Below are positions 1-11,104 of a stretch of 64,000 bases of DNA, one piece after another. Position numbers and translations under genes: made by a program. Position 1 is the first letter of the stretch. Each line of letters begins with the position of its first letter. Source of the stretch: an uncultured beta proteobacterium (lineage in GTDB: Bacteria > Pseudomonadota > Gammaproteobacteria > Burkholderiales > Casimicrobiaceae); the NCBI GenBank assembly GCA_963837845.1, contig CAWIOY010000001.1:22554-86553 (forward strand). Direction: 5' to 3'. The notes beneath the pieces are model-generated. The model did not search any database, was not told the DNA's origin, and saw only the letters and a program-made list of their open reading frames with translations.

Positions 1-1093
1 GCGCGATGCGAGTGGTTGTACGCCGACCACAGCTCGGTCTCGAAACCGTTCGGGTAGCCCGCTTCGGCCAGCAGCTGTTTCGCCTTGGCCAGGTCGTAGG
101 GCCAGACACCGATGCTTGACCGCGATATTCGACGCCTTCCGGCACCATGCCATCGGCCGGGGTCGGCGTAGCCGTTGAATGCGACCTTGGCCACGGCGTC
201 CTTGTTGATCGCGTAGGCGATCGCCTGCCGCACTTTCGGGATTGTCGAAGGGCTTCTGCAGCGTGTTCATCGACAGGTAGCGCATGATGATCGACGGTGC
301 GGCAACCACGTCCAGGTCCGCCTTCGCCTTGAGCACTTCGGCCTGCTCGTAGGGCACGGGAAAGGTGAACTGCGCCTCGCCGGTCTGCATGAGCGCGGCG
401 CGGGAGTTGTTGTCGATCACCGGCTTCCAGGTGATGCGTGTCGACCTTGGGTAGCCTTTTTGCCAGTAGCCGTCGAATTCTTCACGACCTTCAGATAATC
501 GGTCTGCTTCCATTCGACGAACTTGAACGGCCGGTTCCCACGGGATGGAAGGCGATGTCCTTGTTGCCCTACTTGGCGAGCGCGGTCGGGCTGATCATCA
601 CCGTCGACGGATGCGCGAGCTGATTGATGAAGGCGGAAAACGGCGTCTTCAGCGTGATCCGCGCGGTGTAATCGTCGACGACCTCGGTCTTGGCGATATT
701 GTTGTTGTACAGGCCGTAACGCTTGAGCTTGTTGTCCGGATTGGTGGCCCGATCGAGATTGACCTTGACCGCGTCGGCCTTGAAGTCGGTGCCATCGTGG
801 AACTTGATGCCGTGCTTGAGCTTGATCGTGTACACCAGGCCGTCGCTTGCTCACGGTCGTAGCTCTCGGCGAGCACGGGAATGAGCTTCATGTCCTTGTC
901 GAAGCCGTACAGGCCTTCGTAGAAGGACTTGGCCATCGCCTGCGACAGCGTGTCGTTGGCATCGTAGGGATCGGTCGTGGTGAATGTCGAGGCGACCGCG
1001 AACACCACGTCCTTGGCGGCGAGCGGCGGGAAGGCGGCGAGCGAGTGCAGGCGCCAGCGCGGAGAGGGCGAGCGAGCGGAGCAGCGGTTTCAT
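1..1093 (-). pseudogene. Family-5 (DppA/OppA/GsiB-like) ABC peptide/glutathione substrate-binding protein. The 3' end lies beyond the window edge and the frame is broken many times.
   Basis: GGAGG RBS plus ATG at 1093, then signal peptide [18 protein letters not shown]. Consecutive pieces of one SBP lie in different ORF-track frames (851..1141, 649..1008, 569..835, 417..854): [58 protein letters not shown]. An in-frame TAG follows SPTALAK. Hand translation of 1..420 gives [19 protein letters not shown] and [26 protein letters not shown] in yet other frames. Confidence 0.75.
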
Positions 1094-1147
1094 GCGGTTC
1101 CTCCAGAGAATGCTTGAAGCGGGACGTCCACTTGGCTGCACGCGAGC

Positions 1148-3003
<1,856 letters not shown>

Positions 3004-4682
3004 CGCACTAATCGGCGCCCGAAGCGCGGCGGCGCCGGCACGCAATGCGGCTATGGTTGCGTTCATGGTGATCGCCTGCGGGTCGATGCGGACGTGCAGC
3101 AGCGCCGACCTGGCCGCGCCGAGGGCGCGCTCCAGCGCGGGGCCGAACTCCTCGGTGCGGTTCACTGTCTCGCCGTGCGCGCCGTAGGCGCGCGCGAGCG
3201 CGGCGAAGTCGGGATTGAGCAGATCGGAGCCGTACACGCGCCCGGGGTAGGCGCGCTCCTGGTGCATGCGTATGGTGCCGTACATGCCGTTGTCGATCAC
3301 CACGAACACCACGTGCAGGCCGTATTGCACCGCGGTGGCGAGCTCCTGGCCGTTCATGAGAAAGCAGCCGTCGCCGTTCCAGGACACGACCACGCGATCC
3401 GGATGCACGGCCTTGGCGGCGATCGCCGCCGGCACGCCGTAGCCCATGGCGCCGTTGTAGGGGGCGAGCTGGGTGCGATAGCGCGGGTAGCGATACAGCC
3501 GGTTGAGCCAGGCGGTGTAGTTGCCCGCGCCGTTGGCGAGTATTGCATCCTCCGGCAGCCGCGTCGCGCAACAGCGCCACCACCGCCCACAGGTCTACCG
3601 CGCCGGGCATCGGCCGCGGCTCCTGCCAGGCCAAGTATTCGGCATGTGCCGCCGGGGCGCTCGCCTTCCACACCGGGGCTGCGAGCGGCGGCATGGCGGC
3701 CAGAGGCCGCGCACGCCGGCCCCATCGCCGCCTCGATGGCCAGCGCCGGCTGGTATACCCGCCCCAGCTCGTCGCTGCCCGGATGGACGTGAATGAGCGT
3801 GGTCTTCGGCTGCGGCGCCTCGAGCAAGGTGTAGCCACCGGTCACCATCTCGCCCAGCCGTTCGCCCAGCACCAGGAGCACGTCCGCGCCGCGCAGGCGT
3901 GCGGCGAGCTGCGGATTGACGCCGATGCCGACGTCGCCCGCGTAGTTCGGGTGCCGGTTGTCGAACAGGTCCTGGTTGCGAAAGGCGCAGGCGACCGGCA
4001 GCGCATTGGCCTGGGCAAAGGTGGCGAGATCGCGGCAGGCGCCAGCGCTCCACCCGCCGCCGCCGACGAGCACCAGCGGGCGCTGCGCCGCGGCGAGGAG
4101 CGCGCGCAGCTCATCGATGGCCGAGGGCGCCGCGGCGAGGGTGGGCAGCACCACCGGCGCGACGTCGCCGGCCTCGGCGCTCGCCGAGAGCATGTCTTCG
4201 GGCAGCGCGAGCACGACCGGGCCGGGCCGGCCGGACAGCGCCACGCGAAAGGCGCGCGCGACGTATTCGGGCACGCGCTCGGGACGATCGATCTGCGCCA
4301 CCCATTTGACGCTGCCGCCGAACATGCGCCGGTAATCGATTTCCTGGAATGCCTCGCGATCGACAAAATCGCTGCCGACCTGGCCGACGAAGACGATGAG
4401 CGGCGTCGAGTCCTGGGCCGCGGTGTGGATGCCGATCGCGGCGTTGGATGCGCCGGGGCCGCGGGTGACGAACACGATCCCGGGTCGACCGGTGAGCTTG
4501 CCGTACGCCTCGCCCATGTAGGCAGCGCCGCCTTCCTGGCGACAGACGATCAGCCGCAGCCGCTCGCGCACCTCGTAGAGCGCGTCGAGCACGGGCAGGT
4601 AGCTCTCGCCGGGCACGCAGAAGGCGATATCCGCGCCCTGCTTGAGCAGGCTGTCGACGAGCAGGCGACCACCGGTGCGCAT
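3004..4682 (-). pseudogene. Thiamine-pyrophosphate-dependent enzyme (acetolactate-synthase large-subunit-like), split over three frames
   Basis: ATG at 4682 (MRTGGRLLVDSLLKQGADIAFCVPGESYLPVLDAL...GPGASNAAIGIHTA) in the frame of ORF 3354..6044. The middle piece ([43 protein letters not shown]) is in ORF 3008..3838. The C-terminal TPP-binding part ([41 protein letters not shown]) is in ORF 1981..3447. Confidence 0.75.
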
Positions 4683-4832
4683 CGCTTGGGGTTTAGGGCG
4701 ATAAGGCGTGGGGAGGCCGGCCATTCTAGCGTGATTCGGCGCCGTTCCATGGGTCCTGTTGCCTTGGCCGTATAATCCGCGCGAGGCTGCCGCGCCGCGT
4801 CGGCTTGCAGCAGGGGAGGGGAAGCGTCGCCG

Positions 4833-6356
4833 ATGGTCGAATCGATCACGCTGCAGGAAGCGCTGTGGTTTTCCGCCGTTGCCCTGTTGCTTGGCCTGAT
4901 CACCATGCGCTCGCGGCCGGAGCTTCGCCGCGCGGTGGCGGTCACCCTGTTGATCATCGTGCTCGGTCTGTGCGCGCTCGCCGGGCTCTCGCGCTTCCAG
5001 CCCATTCCGCCGCACCTGACCGTCGCGATCGTACCGCGCGAGATCTGCCTGCTGATCGTCGCCATCGGCAACATCCGCATCTACATCGGCTTCGTCACCG
5101 GCGTGCTGCTGGCGCGCCGGGCCGTGCCGCGCATTCTCGGCGAGGTGAGCCTTGCCATCGCGCTGGTCGTCTACGTGCTCTTCCGGATGGACGCGCTGGG
5201 CGTGAATCTGACGACCATTACCGTCTCCGCCGGCACCTTGGCCGCCGCCGTAGGTTTTGCGGCGCAGGCGACGCTGGGCAACCTGATCGGCGGGATTTCG
5301 CTCCAGCTCGACAACACCTGCCGCATCGGCGACTGGATCGAGATCGACGGCGTGTCCGGGGAGATCGTCAGCATTCGATGGCGCTATACCGCCCTGGCCA
5401 CGGTCAACAACGTGACGCTGGTCATTCCCAACGCGGATCTGATGAAGAACCGCGTCACCCTGCTCGGGCGGCGCGGCGACCTGCGCATACCGTGGCGGCG
5501 GCCGATCGAGTTTTCCGTCGGCTACGAATGGACCCCTGGCCAGGTGCTTGGGGTGGTCAACTCGGCGCTGGAGCGAGTCGAGATCCCCTTCGTCACCCCC
5601 GAGCCGAAGCCGCATTGCATCTGCTCCGGCTTCGACGCCAGCGCCATCAAGTACATCGTGTACTACTGGCTGTCCGACATCAAGACCTACCTGGTGACCG
5701 ATTCGCGGCTGCGCGTGCACATCTACGCCGCGCTGGGGCGCGCCGGCATGGAAATTCCGATCGCCCGGTCGGAGCTCTACCTGCATTCGGCGCGCGACTC
5801 GCAGGCGGCGCGCCTGTCCGGCGAGCGCGAGTCGCGCGGCGCGCTGCTGCATTCGCTGGAATTGTTCGCGCCGCTCACCGCCGACGAGGCCCAGGCGCTG
5901 GCCACGCAGCTCATCCCGACGCCGTTCGCGCCGGGGGACATCGCCACCAAGCAGGGCGAGCCGTCCGATTCGCTGTTTATCCTGGCGCGCGGCCAGGTTG
6001 GCATCTTCCGCGAGAACGAGCCGGGCATGCCTGCCGGGCGGCATCGGCTGGCGAGCCTTTCCGCGCCGGCGTTCTTCGGCGAGATGGGGCTGCTCACCGG
6101 CCAGGCCCGAACCGCGACGGTCGCCGCCGAGACCGAAGCGCTCTGCTACCGACTCGACAAGCGCGGGTTCGAGGCGATCATTCGCGCCCGGCCGGAGCTG
6201 GCCGACGCGATGTCGAAAACGGTCGCGACGCGGCAGGCGGCCAATGACGCGACGCTCGCCTCGCTGTCCGCGGAGGCGCGGGCGCGCGCCACCGGCACCC
6301 GCGCCAACGAGCTGGTGCGGCGCATCCGCAGCTTCTTCGGCCTGAACTCCGATTAG
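4833..6356 (+). CDS. MscS-family mechanosensitive channel with a C-terminal cyclic-nucleotide-binding domain (bCNG-type)
   Basis: Intact 507-aa ORF with several N-terminal hydrophobic helices. MscS core: AAQATLGNLIGGISLQLDNTCRIGDWIEIDGVSGEIVSIRWRYT. cNMP phosphate-binding cassette: FFGEMGLLTGQARTATVAA. Confidence 0.85.
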   Translation: MVESITLQEALWFSAVALLLGLITMRSRPELRRAVAVTLLIIVLGLCALAGLSRFQPIPPHLTVAIVPREICLLIVAIGNIRIYIGFVTGVLLARRAVPRILGEVSLAIALVVYVLFRMDALGVNLTTITVSAGTLAAAVGFAAQATLGNLIGGISLQLDNTCRIGDWIEIDGVSGEIVSIRWRYTALATVNNVTLVIPNADLMKNRVTLLGRRGDLRIPWRRPIEFSVGYEWTPGQVLGVVNSALERVEIPFVTPEPKPHCICSGFDASAIKYIVYYWLSDIKTYLVTDSRLRVHIYAALGRAGMEIPIARSELYLHSARDSQAARLSGERESRGALLHSLELFAPLTADEAQALATQLIPTPFAPGDIATKQGEPSDSLFILARGQVGIFRENEPGMPAGRHRLASLSAPAFFGEMGLLTGQARTATVAAETEALCYRLDKRGFEAIIRARPELADAMSKTVATRQAANDATLASLSAEARARATGTRANELVRRIRSFFGLNSD

Positions 6357-6372
6357 ACCTGCGGCTTCGGCT

Positions 6373-7284
6373 TCAGGCCGCGGCGCGCTCGGCGGCCGTC
6401 AGATCCTCGCGCCGCAGCAGAAACACGCAATCCTCCGCCGAGGGTGTGGCAAGCCAGGTGAACGGCAGGCGCGGAAACGCCGCCTCGGTGGCGGCGCGGT
6501 TGTCTCCGACTTCGACGATGAGCAGACCCTCGGGGCTCAGGAACTCCGCGGCGCGCCCGACGATGGTGCGCACCGCGTCGAGGCCATCCTCGCCGCCGGC
6601 GAGCGCCAGCTGCGGCTCGTGGCCGTACTCGGGGGGCAACTCCTCCATTGCCAGCGCGGTGACGTAGGGCGGGTTGCTGACGATGAGGTCGTACTGCTTC
6701 TCGGTGAGGTTGGACAAAAGGTCGGAACGAATCAGATTGACCCTCCCCTGCACGCCGTGGTCGGTGACGTTGCGCAAGGCGACCGCGAGAGCGTCCGAGG
6801 AGATGTCGGCGGCGTCGACGTCGGCGTCGGGGAACTGGTGCGCCATGAGGATGGCGAGGCAGCCGGAACCGGTGCACAGGTCGAGCGCGGTACGGATGCG
6901 GGCCGGATCGGCGATCCAGCTCTCCAGGCCGTCGCGCAGCAGCTCGGCGATATACGAGCGCGGGATGAGCACGCGTTCGTCGACGTAGAAGCGGTGCTCG
7001 CCCAGCCACGCCTCGCGGGTGAGATAGGCGGCAGGCATGCGCTCGTTGACGCGGCGGGCGATGATGTCGAGCACTTCCTCGCGCTCGGCGTGGGTCAGCC
7101 TGGCGTCGAGGAACGGCTCCAGGCGATCGAGCGGCAGGTGCAGGGTGTGCAGCAGGAGGTAGGCGGCCTCGTCGTAGGCGTTGTTGGTGCCGTGCCCGAA
7201 AAACAGCCCGGTCGCGGCGAAGCGCGACACGGCGTAGCGCAGCCAGTCGCGAAGGGTCTCCAGTTCCTGGGTGAGGATGCTCAT
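6373..7284 (-). CDS. prmB: 50S ribosomal protein L3 glutamine N5-methyltransferase
   Basis: Internal ATG of ORF 6373..7467 ([18 protein letters not shown]...). SAM motif [11 protein letters not shown] and NPPY motif (IVSNPPYV). The 4-nt overlap with the upstream dapE stop supports this start. Confidence 0.88.
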   Translation of the reverse strand: MSILTQELETLRDWLRYAVSRFAATGLFFGHGTNNAYDEAAYLLLHTLHLPLDRLEPFLDARLTHAEREEVLDIIARRVNERMPAAYLTREAWLGEHRFYVDERVLIPRSYIAELLRDGLESWIADPARIRTALDLCTGSGCLAILMAHQFPDADVDAADISSDALAVALRNVTDHGVQGRVNLIRSDLLSNLTEKQYDLIVSNPPYVTALAMEELPPEYGHEPQLALAGGEDGLDAVRTIVGRAAEFLSPEGLLIVEVGDNRAATEAAFPRLPFTWLATPSAEDCVFLLRREDLTAAERAAA

Positions 7285-8429
7285 CGGGGCGCCGGACCAA
7301 GCAACAGACGCTCCAGTATGCCACGATACAAGGCGGCCAGCGGCTCGAGCTCGGCGATGGCGACGCATTCGTCGAGCTTGTGAATCGTGGCGTTGACCGG
7401 ACCGAGCTCGATGATCTCGCCGCACAGCGCGGCAATGAAGCGGCCGTCGGAGGTGCCGCCGCTGCACGAGACCTCGGGCACGACGCCGCAGACCTCGCCG
7501 ATCACCTCGGTGGCCACGCGCACGAGCGCGCCGCGCGGCGTCAGGTAGGGCGCGCCCGAGCCGGTCCAGGCGAGCTCGTAGTCGAGCCTATGGCGCCGCA
7601 GCACCGCCTCGAAGCGCTGCTGCAGGCTCTCGGGCGTGCTGGCGGTGGCGTAGCGGAAATTGAACGCGAGCTCGAGCTCGCCCGGGATCACGTTGCCCGC
7701 CCCGGTGCCGGCGTGGATGTTCGATGCCTGCCACGAAGTCGGCGGGAAGTATTCGTTGCCCTCGTCCCAGCGCAGCGCCGCGAGCTCGGCGATTGCCGGC
7801 GCCGCCAGGTGGATCGGATTGCGGGCCAGATGCGGATAGGCGACATGGCCCTGCACGCCGCGCACCCGCAGGCTGCCCGAGAGCGTGCCGCGGCGTCCGT
7901 TCTTGATCGTGTCGCCGAGCCGGTTCACCGAGGACGGCTCGCCGACGATGCAGTAGTCGAGCTCGGTGCCGGCCGCCTTGAGCCGCTCGATCACGCGCAC
8001 GGTGCCGTCGGTGGCCGGCCCCTCCTCGTCGGAGGTGAGGAGCAGGGCGATCGATCCGGGGTGCGCCGGATGCGCGCGCACGAAGTCCTCGGCGGCGATC
8101 ACGAACGCGGCGACGGAGGATTTCATGTCGGCGGCGCCGCGGCCGTAGAGCCTGCCGTCGCGCAGCGTCGGGGTGAACGGGTCGGAGCTCCAGGCGTCGA
8201 GCGGCCCGGCCGGGACGACGTCGGTGTGACCGGCGAGGCACACCGCCGGTCGCGCTTCTCCGCGCCGCGCCCAGAGATTGGTCACCCCGTTGCAGTGCAG
8301 CGTCTCGCAGCGAAAGCCCAGCGGCTCCAGGCGCGCCTTGACGATGTCCTGGCAGCCGGCATCGTCGGGCGTCTGCGAGCGGCGCCCGATCAGCTCGCGG
8401 GCGAGCTCGAGCGTGGCGTCGGGCCCCAT
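7281..8429 (-). CDS. dapE: Succinyl-diaminopimelate desuccinylase
   Basis: ORF 7281..8588 from the internal ATG ([27 protein letters not shown]...). M20 peptidase motifs: [30 protein letters not shown]. Confidence 0.9.
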   Translation of the reverse strand: MGPDATLELARELIGRRSQTPDDAGCQDIVKARLEPLGFRCETLHCNGVTNLWARRGEARPAVCLAGHTDVVPAGPLDAWSSDPFTPTLRDGRLYGRGAADMKSSVAAFVIAAEDFVRAHPAHPGSIALLLTSDEEGPATDGTVRVIERLKAAGTELDYCIVGEPSSVNRLGDTIKNGRRGTLSGSLRVRGVQGHVAYPHLARNPIHLAAPAIAELAALRWDEGNEYFPPTSWQASNIHAGTGAGNVIPGELELAFNFRYATASTPESLQQRFEAVLRRHRLDYELAWTGSGAPYLTPRGALVRVATEVIGEVCGVVPEVSCSGGTSDGRFIAALCGEIIELGPVNATIHKLDECVAIAELEPLAALYRGILERLLLGPAPR

Positions 8430-8461
8430 CGTCGTCGCGGCGGCAGGCGCCCCTCGCGCCG

Positions 8462-9622
8462 TCACTGTTCGCGGTTCAAGAATTCCGGATCGATCTCGAG
8501 CTTCGAGAAACTGCCGGCCCCTGTTCCGTCTTCGTTTGCCTCGGAGGAGTCCATGCGCGAGGACGGCGTATTCTGGTTCACCAGCCACGCCAGGTTGGTC
8601 GGCGAGTCGGAGGCGGCGAGCGCCTCCTCATAGGCAACCACGCCGTCGAGGTAGAGCCGACAAGCGCCTGCTCGAAAGTCTGCGATCCGGGATAGAGGCT
8701 TTGCTCCATCGCCTCCTTGATCTGCGTGATCTCGCCGTTCTTGATCAATTCGGCGATGAGCGAGGTGTTGAGCAGGATCTCCACCGCCGGCTGCTGATCG
8801 CCTTCCTTGTTGCGCACCAGGCGCTGGGAGATGATCGCCCGCAGGCCGATCGACAGGTCGGAGAGCAGGCCCGAGCGCGCGTCGTAGGGAAACATGTTGA
8901 TGATCCGCGACAAGGCGTGGTAGCTGTTGTTCGCGTGCAGGGTCGACAGGCAGAGGTGGCCGGTGAGGGTGTGCAGCAGCGCCTGCTGCATCGTCTCGCG
9001 GTCGCGCACCTCGCCGATCATGATCAGGTCCGGAGCCTCGCGCAGGGCGTTGCCCAGCGCCTTGCTGTAGTTCTGGGTGTCGACGCCGATCTCGCGCTGG
9101 TTGACGATCGACTGCTTGTGCTCGAACAGGTACTCGATCGGGATCTTCCAGCGTCAGGATGTGGCCCGACCGGTTGGTGTTGCGGTAATCGATCAGCGCG
9201 GCGAGCGTGGTCGACTTGCCGCACCCGGTCGCGCCGGCGATAAGCACCAGGCCGCGCTTCTCCATCACCAGGTTGAGCAGCACCTGCGGCAGCTTGAGGT
9301 CCTCGTACGGCGGCACGTTGCTGCGCACGTAACGGATACACAGCGAGATGGTGCCGCGCTGGCGGAAGATGTTGATGCGGAAGTTGCCGACGCTGCGATC
9401 GAGGTAGGAGAGGTTCATCTCCATCTCGTTCTCGAACTCGCGCGCCTGGTCCTTGGTCATCAGCTCGTAGGCCACGCGGCGCACGGTCTCGACGTCCATC
9501 GGCTGGGTGGAGATGGGCGAGACGATGCCGTTGATCTTGATGTTGATAGGCGCGCCGCAGGAGATGAACAGGTCCGAGGCCTGTTTATCCGCCATCAGCT
9601 TGAACAGTCGGTCGAGGTACAT
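8462..9622 (-). pseudogene. pilU: PilT/PilU-family type IV pilus retraction ATPase (PilU-like) with two frame changes
   Basis: The N-terminal 161 aa, with Walker A GATGCGKST, are in ORF 8462..9622. The central part (IMIGEVRDRETMQQALLHTLTGHLCLSTLHANNS...) is in ORF 8578..9021. The C-terminus ([25 protein letters not shown]...) returns to the first frame. Frame changes are near 9139 and 8680. Confidence 0.8.
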
Positions 9623-9789
9623 GCCGTTGAGCCTTGCCGGCAGCGGCCTCTCGCGCCGCCGCCCGCCGTGACAATGTCATGAATTGACAAGAATAACCAA
9701 GCTCAAGCAAAGTAACAACTGGCTCGGCCGCGGCGGTGTGCGATTTTGCCGGCGTGCGGCGCTTATCGTCCTCTGCAGAGAACCGTTCC

Positions 9790-10536
9790 ATGCTGGCCAT
9801 CATCGGCGGCAGCGGGCTTACCCGACTGTCCACGCTTGCCGTCGCCCACCGCGAAGTCGTGCGCACGCCGTATGGCGAGCCCTCGTCGGCGCTGGTCTTC
9901 GGCCAGATCGCCGGGCGGGACGTGGTCTTTCTCGCCCGCCACGGCCACGGCCACACCATCCCGCCGCACCGCGTCAATTACCGCGCCAACCTGTGGGCGC
10001 TCAAGCAGCGCGGCGTCGACACGATCCTGGCGGTGGCGTCGGTCGGCGCGATCGTCGAGCGCTGCGCGCCTGGCGAGCTGGTGCTGCCCGACCAGCTCAT
10101 CGACTACACCAGCGACCGCCGGAGCACCTTCTTCGATGGCGAGGACCGCAACGTCGTGCACGTCGACTTCACCCAGCCTTACAGCCCGGCGTTGCGCGGC
10201 CGCTGCCTGGCGGCGGCGCGCGCCGCGGGAGTGGCGGTGCACGACGGCGGCGTGTACGGCGCGGTGTCGGGGCCCCGCCTCGAGACCGCGGCGGAAATCG
10301 ACCGCATGGAACGCGACGGGGCGACCATCGTCGGCATGACCGGCATGCCGGAGGCGGCGCTGGCGCGCGAGCTGGGCATCGAATATGCCGTCATCGCCGT
10401 GGTCGTCAACCACGCCGCGGGCCGTGGCGACAGCGCGCGCGAAGTCTCCATCGAGCGCATCGCGGGCATCCTTGAAACGGCGATGGACCAGGCCAAGCTG
10501 CTCATCGACCGGGTCGTGCAGGGAGAAGCCGCGTGA
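9790..10536 (+). CDS. Purine-nucleoside-phosphorylase-family enzyme, short S-methyl-5'-thioinosine / 5'-methylthioadenosine phosphorylase type
   Basis: Internal ATG of ORF 9736..10536 ([10 protein letters not shown]...[26 protein letters not shown]...[15 protein letters not shown]). About 248 aa. Confidence 0.8.
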   Translation: MLAIIGGSGLTRLSTLAVAHREVVRTPYGEPSSALVFGQIAGRDVVFLARHGHGHTIPPHRVNYRANLWALKQRGVDTILAVASVGAIVERCAPGELVLPDQLIDYTSDRRSTFFDGEDRNVVHVDFTQPYSPALRGRCLAAARAAGVAVHDGGVYGAVSGPRLETAAEIDRMERDGATIVGMTGMPEAALARELGIEYAVIAVVVNHAAGRGDSAREVSIERIAGILETAMDQAKLLIDRVVQGEAA

Positions 10537-10549
10537 GCGTGGAGGCGCG

Positions 10550-11080
10550 GTGATCAGGCCGATCTTGAGGATGGGCGATGCGCGCCTGCTCGAGCGCGCG
10601 AAGGCCGTCGAGCGCTACGGCACGGCCGAGCTCAAGGAGCTCATCGCCGATATGCAGGAGACGATGATCGCCGCGCATGGCGCGGGGCTTGCCGCGCCGC
10701 AGATCGGCGTCGGCCTGCGGGTGGTGATCTTCGGCTTCGAGCATAACGAGCGCTATCCGGAAGCCGAATCGGTACCCTACACCGAGCTCGTCAACCCCCT
10801 GCTCACGCCGCTCGGCACCGAGATGGAGGAGGGGTGGGAAGGCTGCCTGTCGGTGCCGGGCCTGCGCGGCCAGGTGCCGCGCTTCACCCGCCTGCGCTAC
10901 ACCGGCTTCGGGCCGGACGGGCGCCCCATCCAGCGCGAGGTCGAAGGCTTCCACGCCCGGGTGGTGCAGCACGAGTGCGACCACCTCGACGGCATACTCT
11001 ACCCGATGCGCATGCGCGACCTGCGGCTGCTGGGCTTCACTGACGTCCTGTTCCCCGACGCCGAGCAGATCGACGAGTGA
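10550..11080 (+). CDS. def: Peptide deformylase
   Basis: GTG start preceded by GGAGG. Motifs [19 protein letters not shown] and QHECDHLDG. Confidence 0.9.
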   Translation: MIRPILRMGDARLLERAKAVERYGTAELKELIADMQETMIAAHGAGLAAPQIGVGLRVVIFGFEHNERYPEAESVPYTELVNPLLTPLGTEMEEGWEGCLSVPGLRGQVPRFTRLRYTGFGPDGRPIQREVEGFHARVVQHECDHLDGILYPMRMRDLRLLGFTDVLFPDAEQIDE

Positions 11081-11104
11081 AGCGGCGAGGCGCGAGCGCC
11101 TCGC

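Noticed and set aside
4683-6044. N-terminal ~450 aa of ORF 3354..6044, upstream of the TPP-enzyme Met at 4682
   Set aside because: This part is antisense to the well-supported MscS/cNMP channel gene and is compositionally junk. The recognisable TPP enzyme begins at MRTGGRLLVDS (4682).
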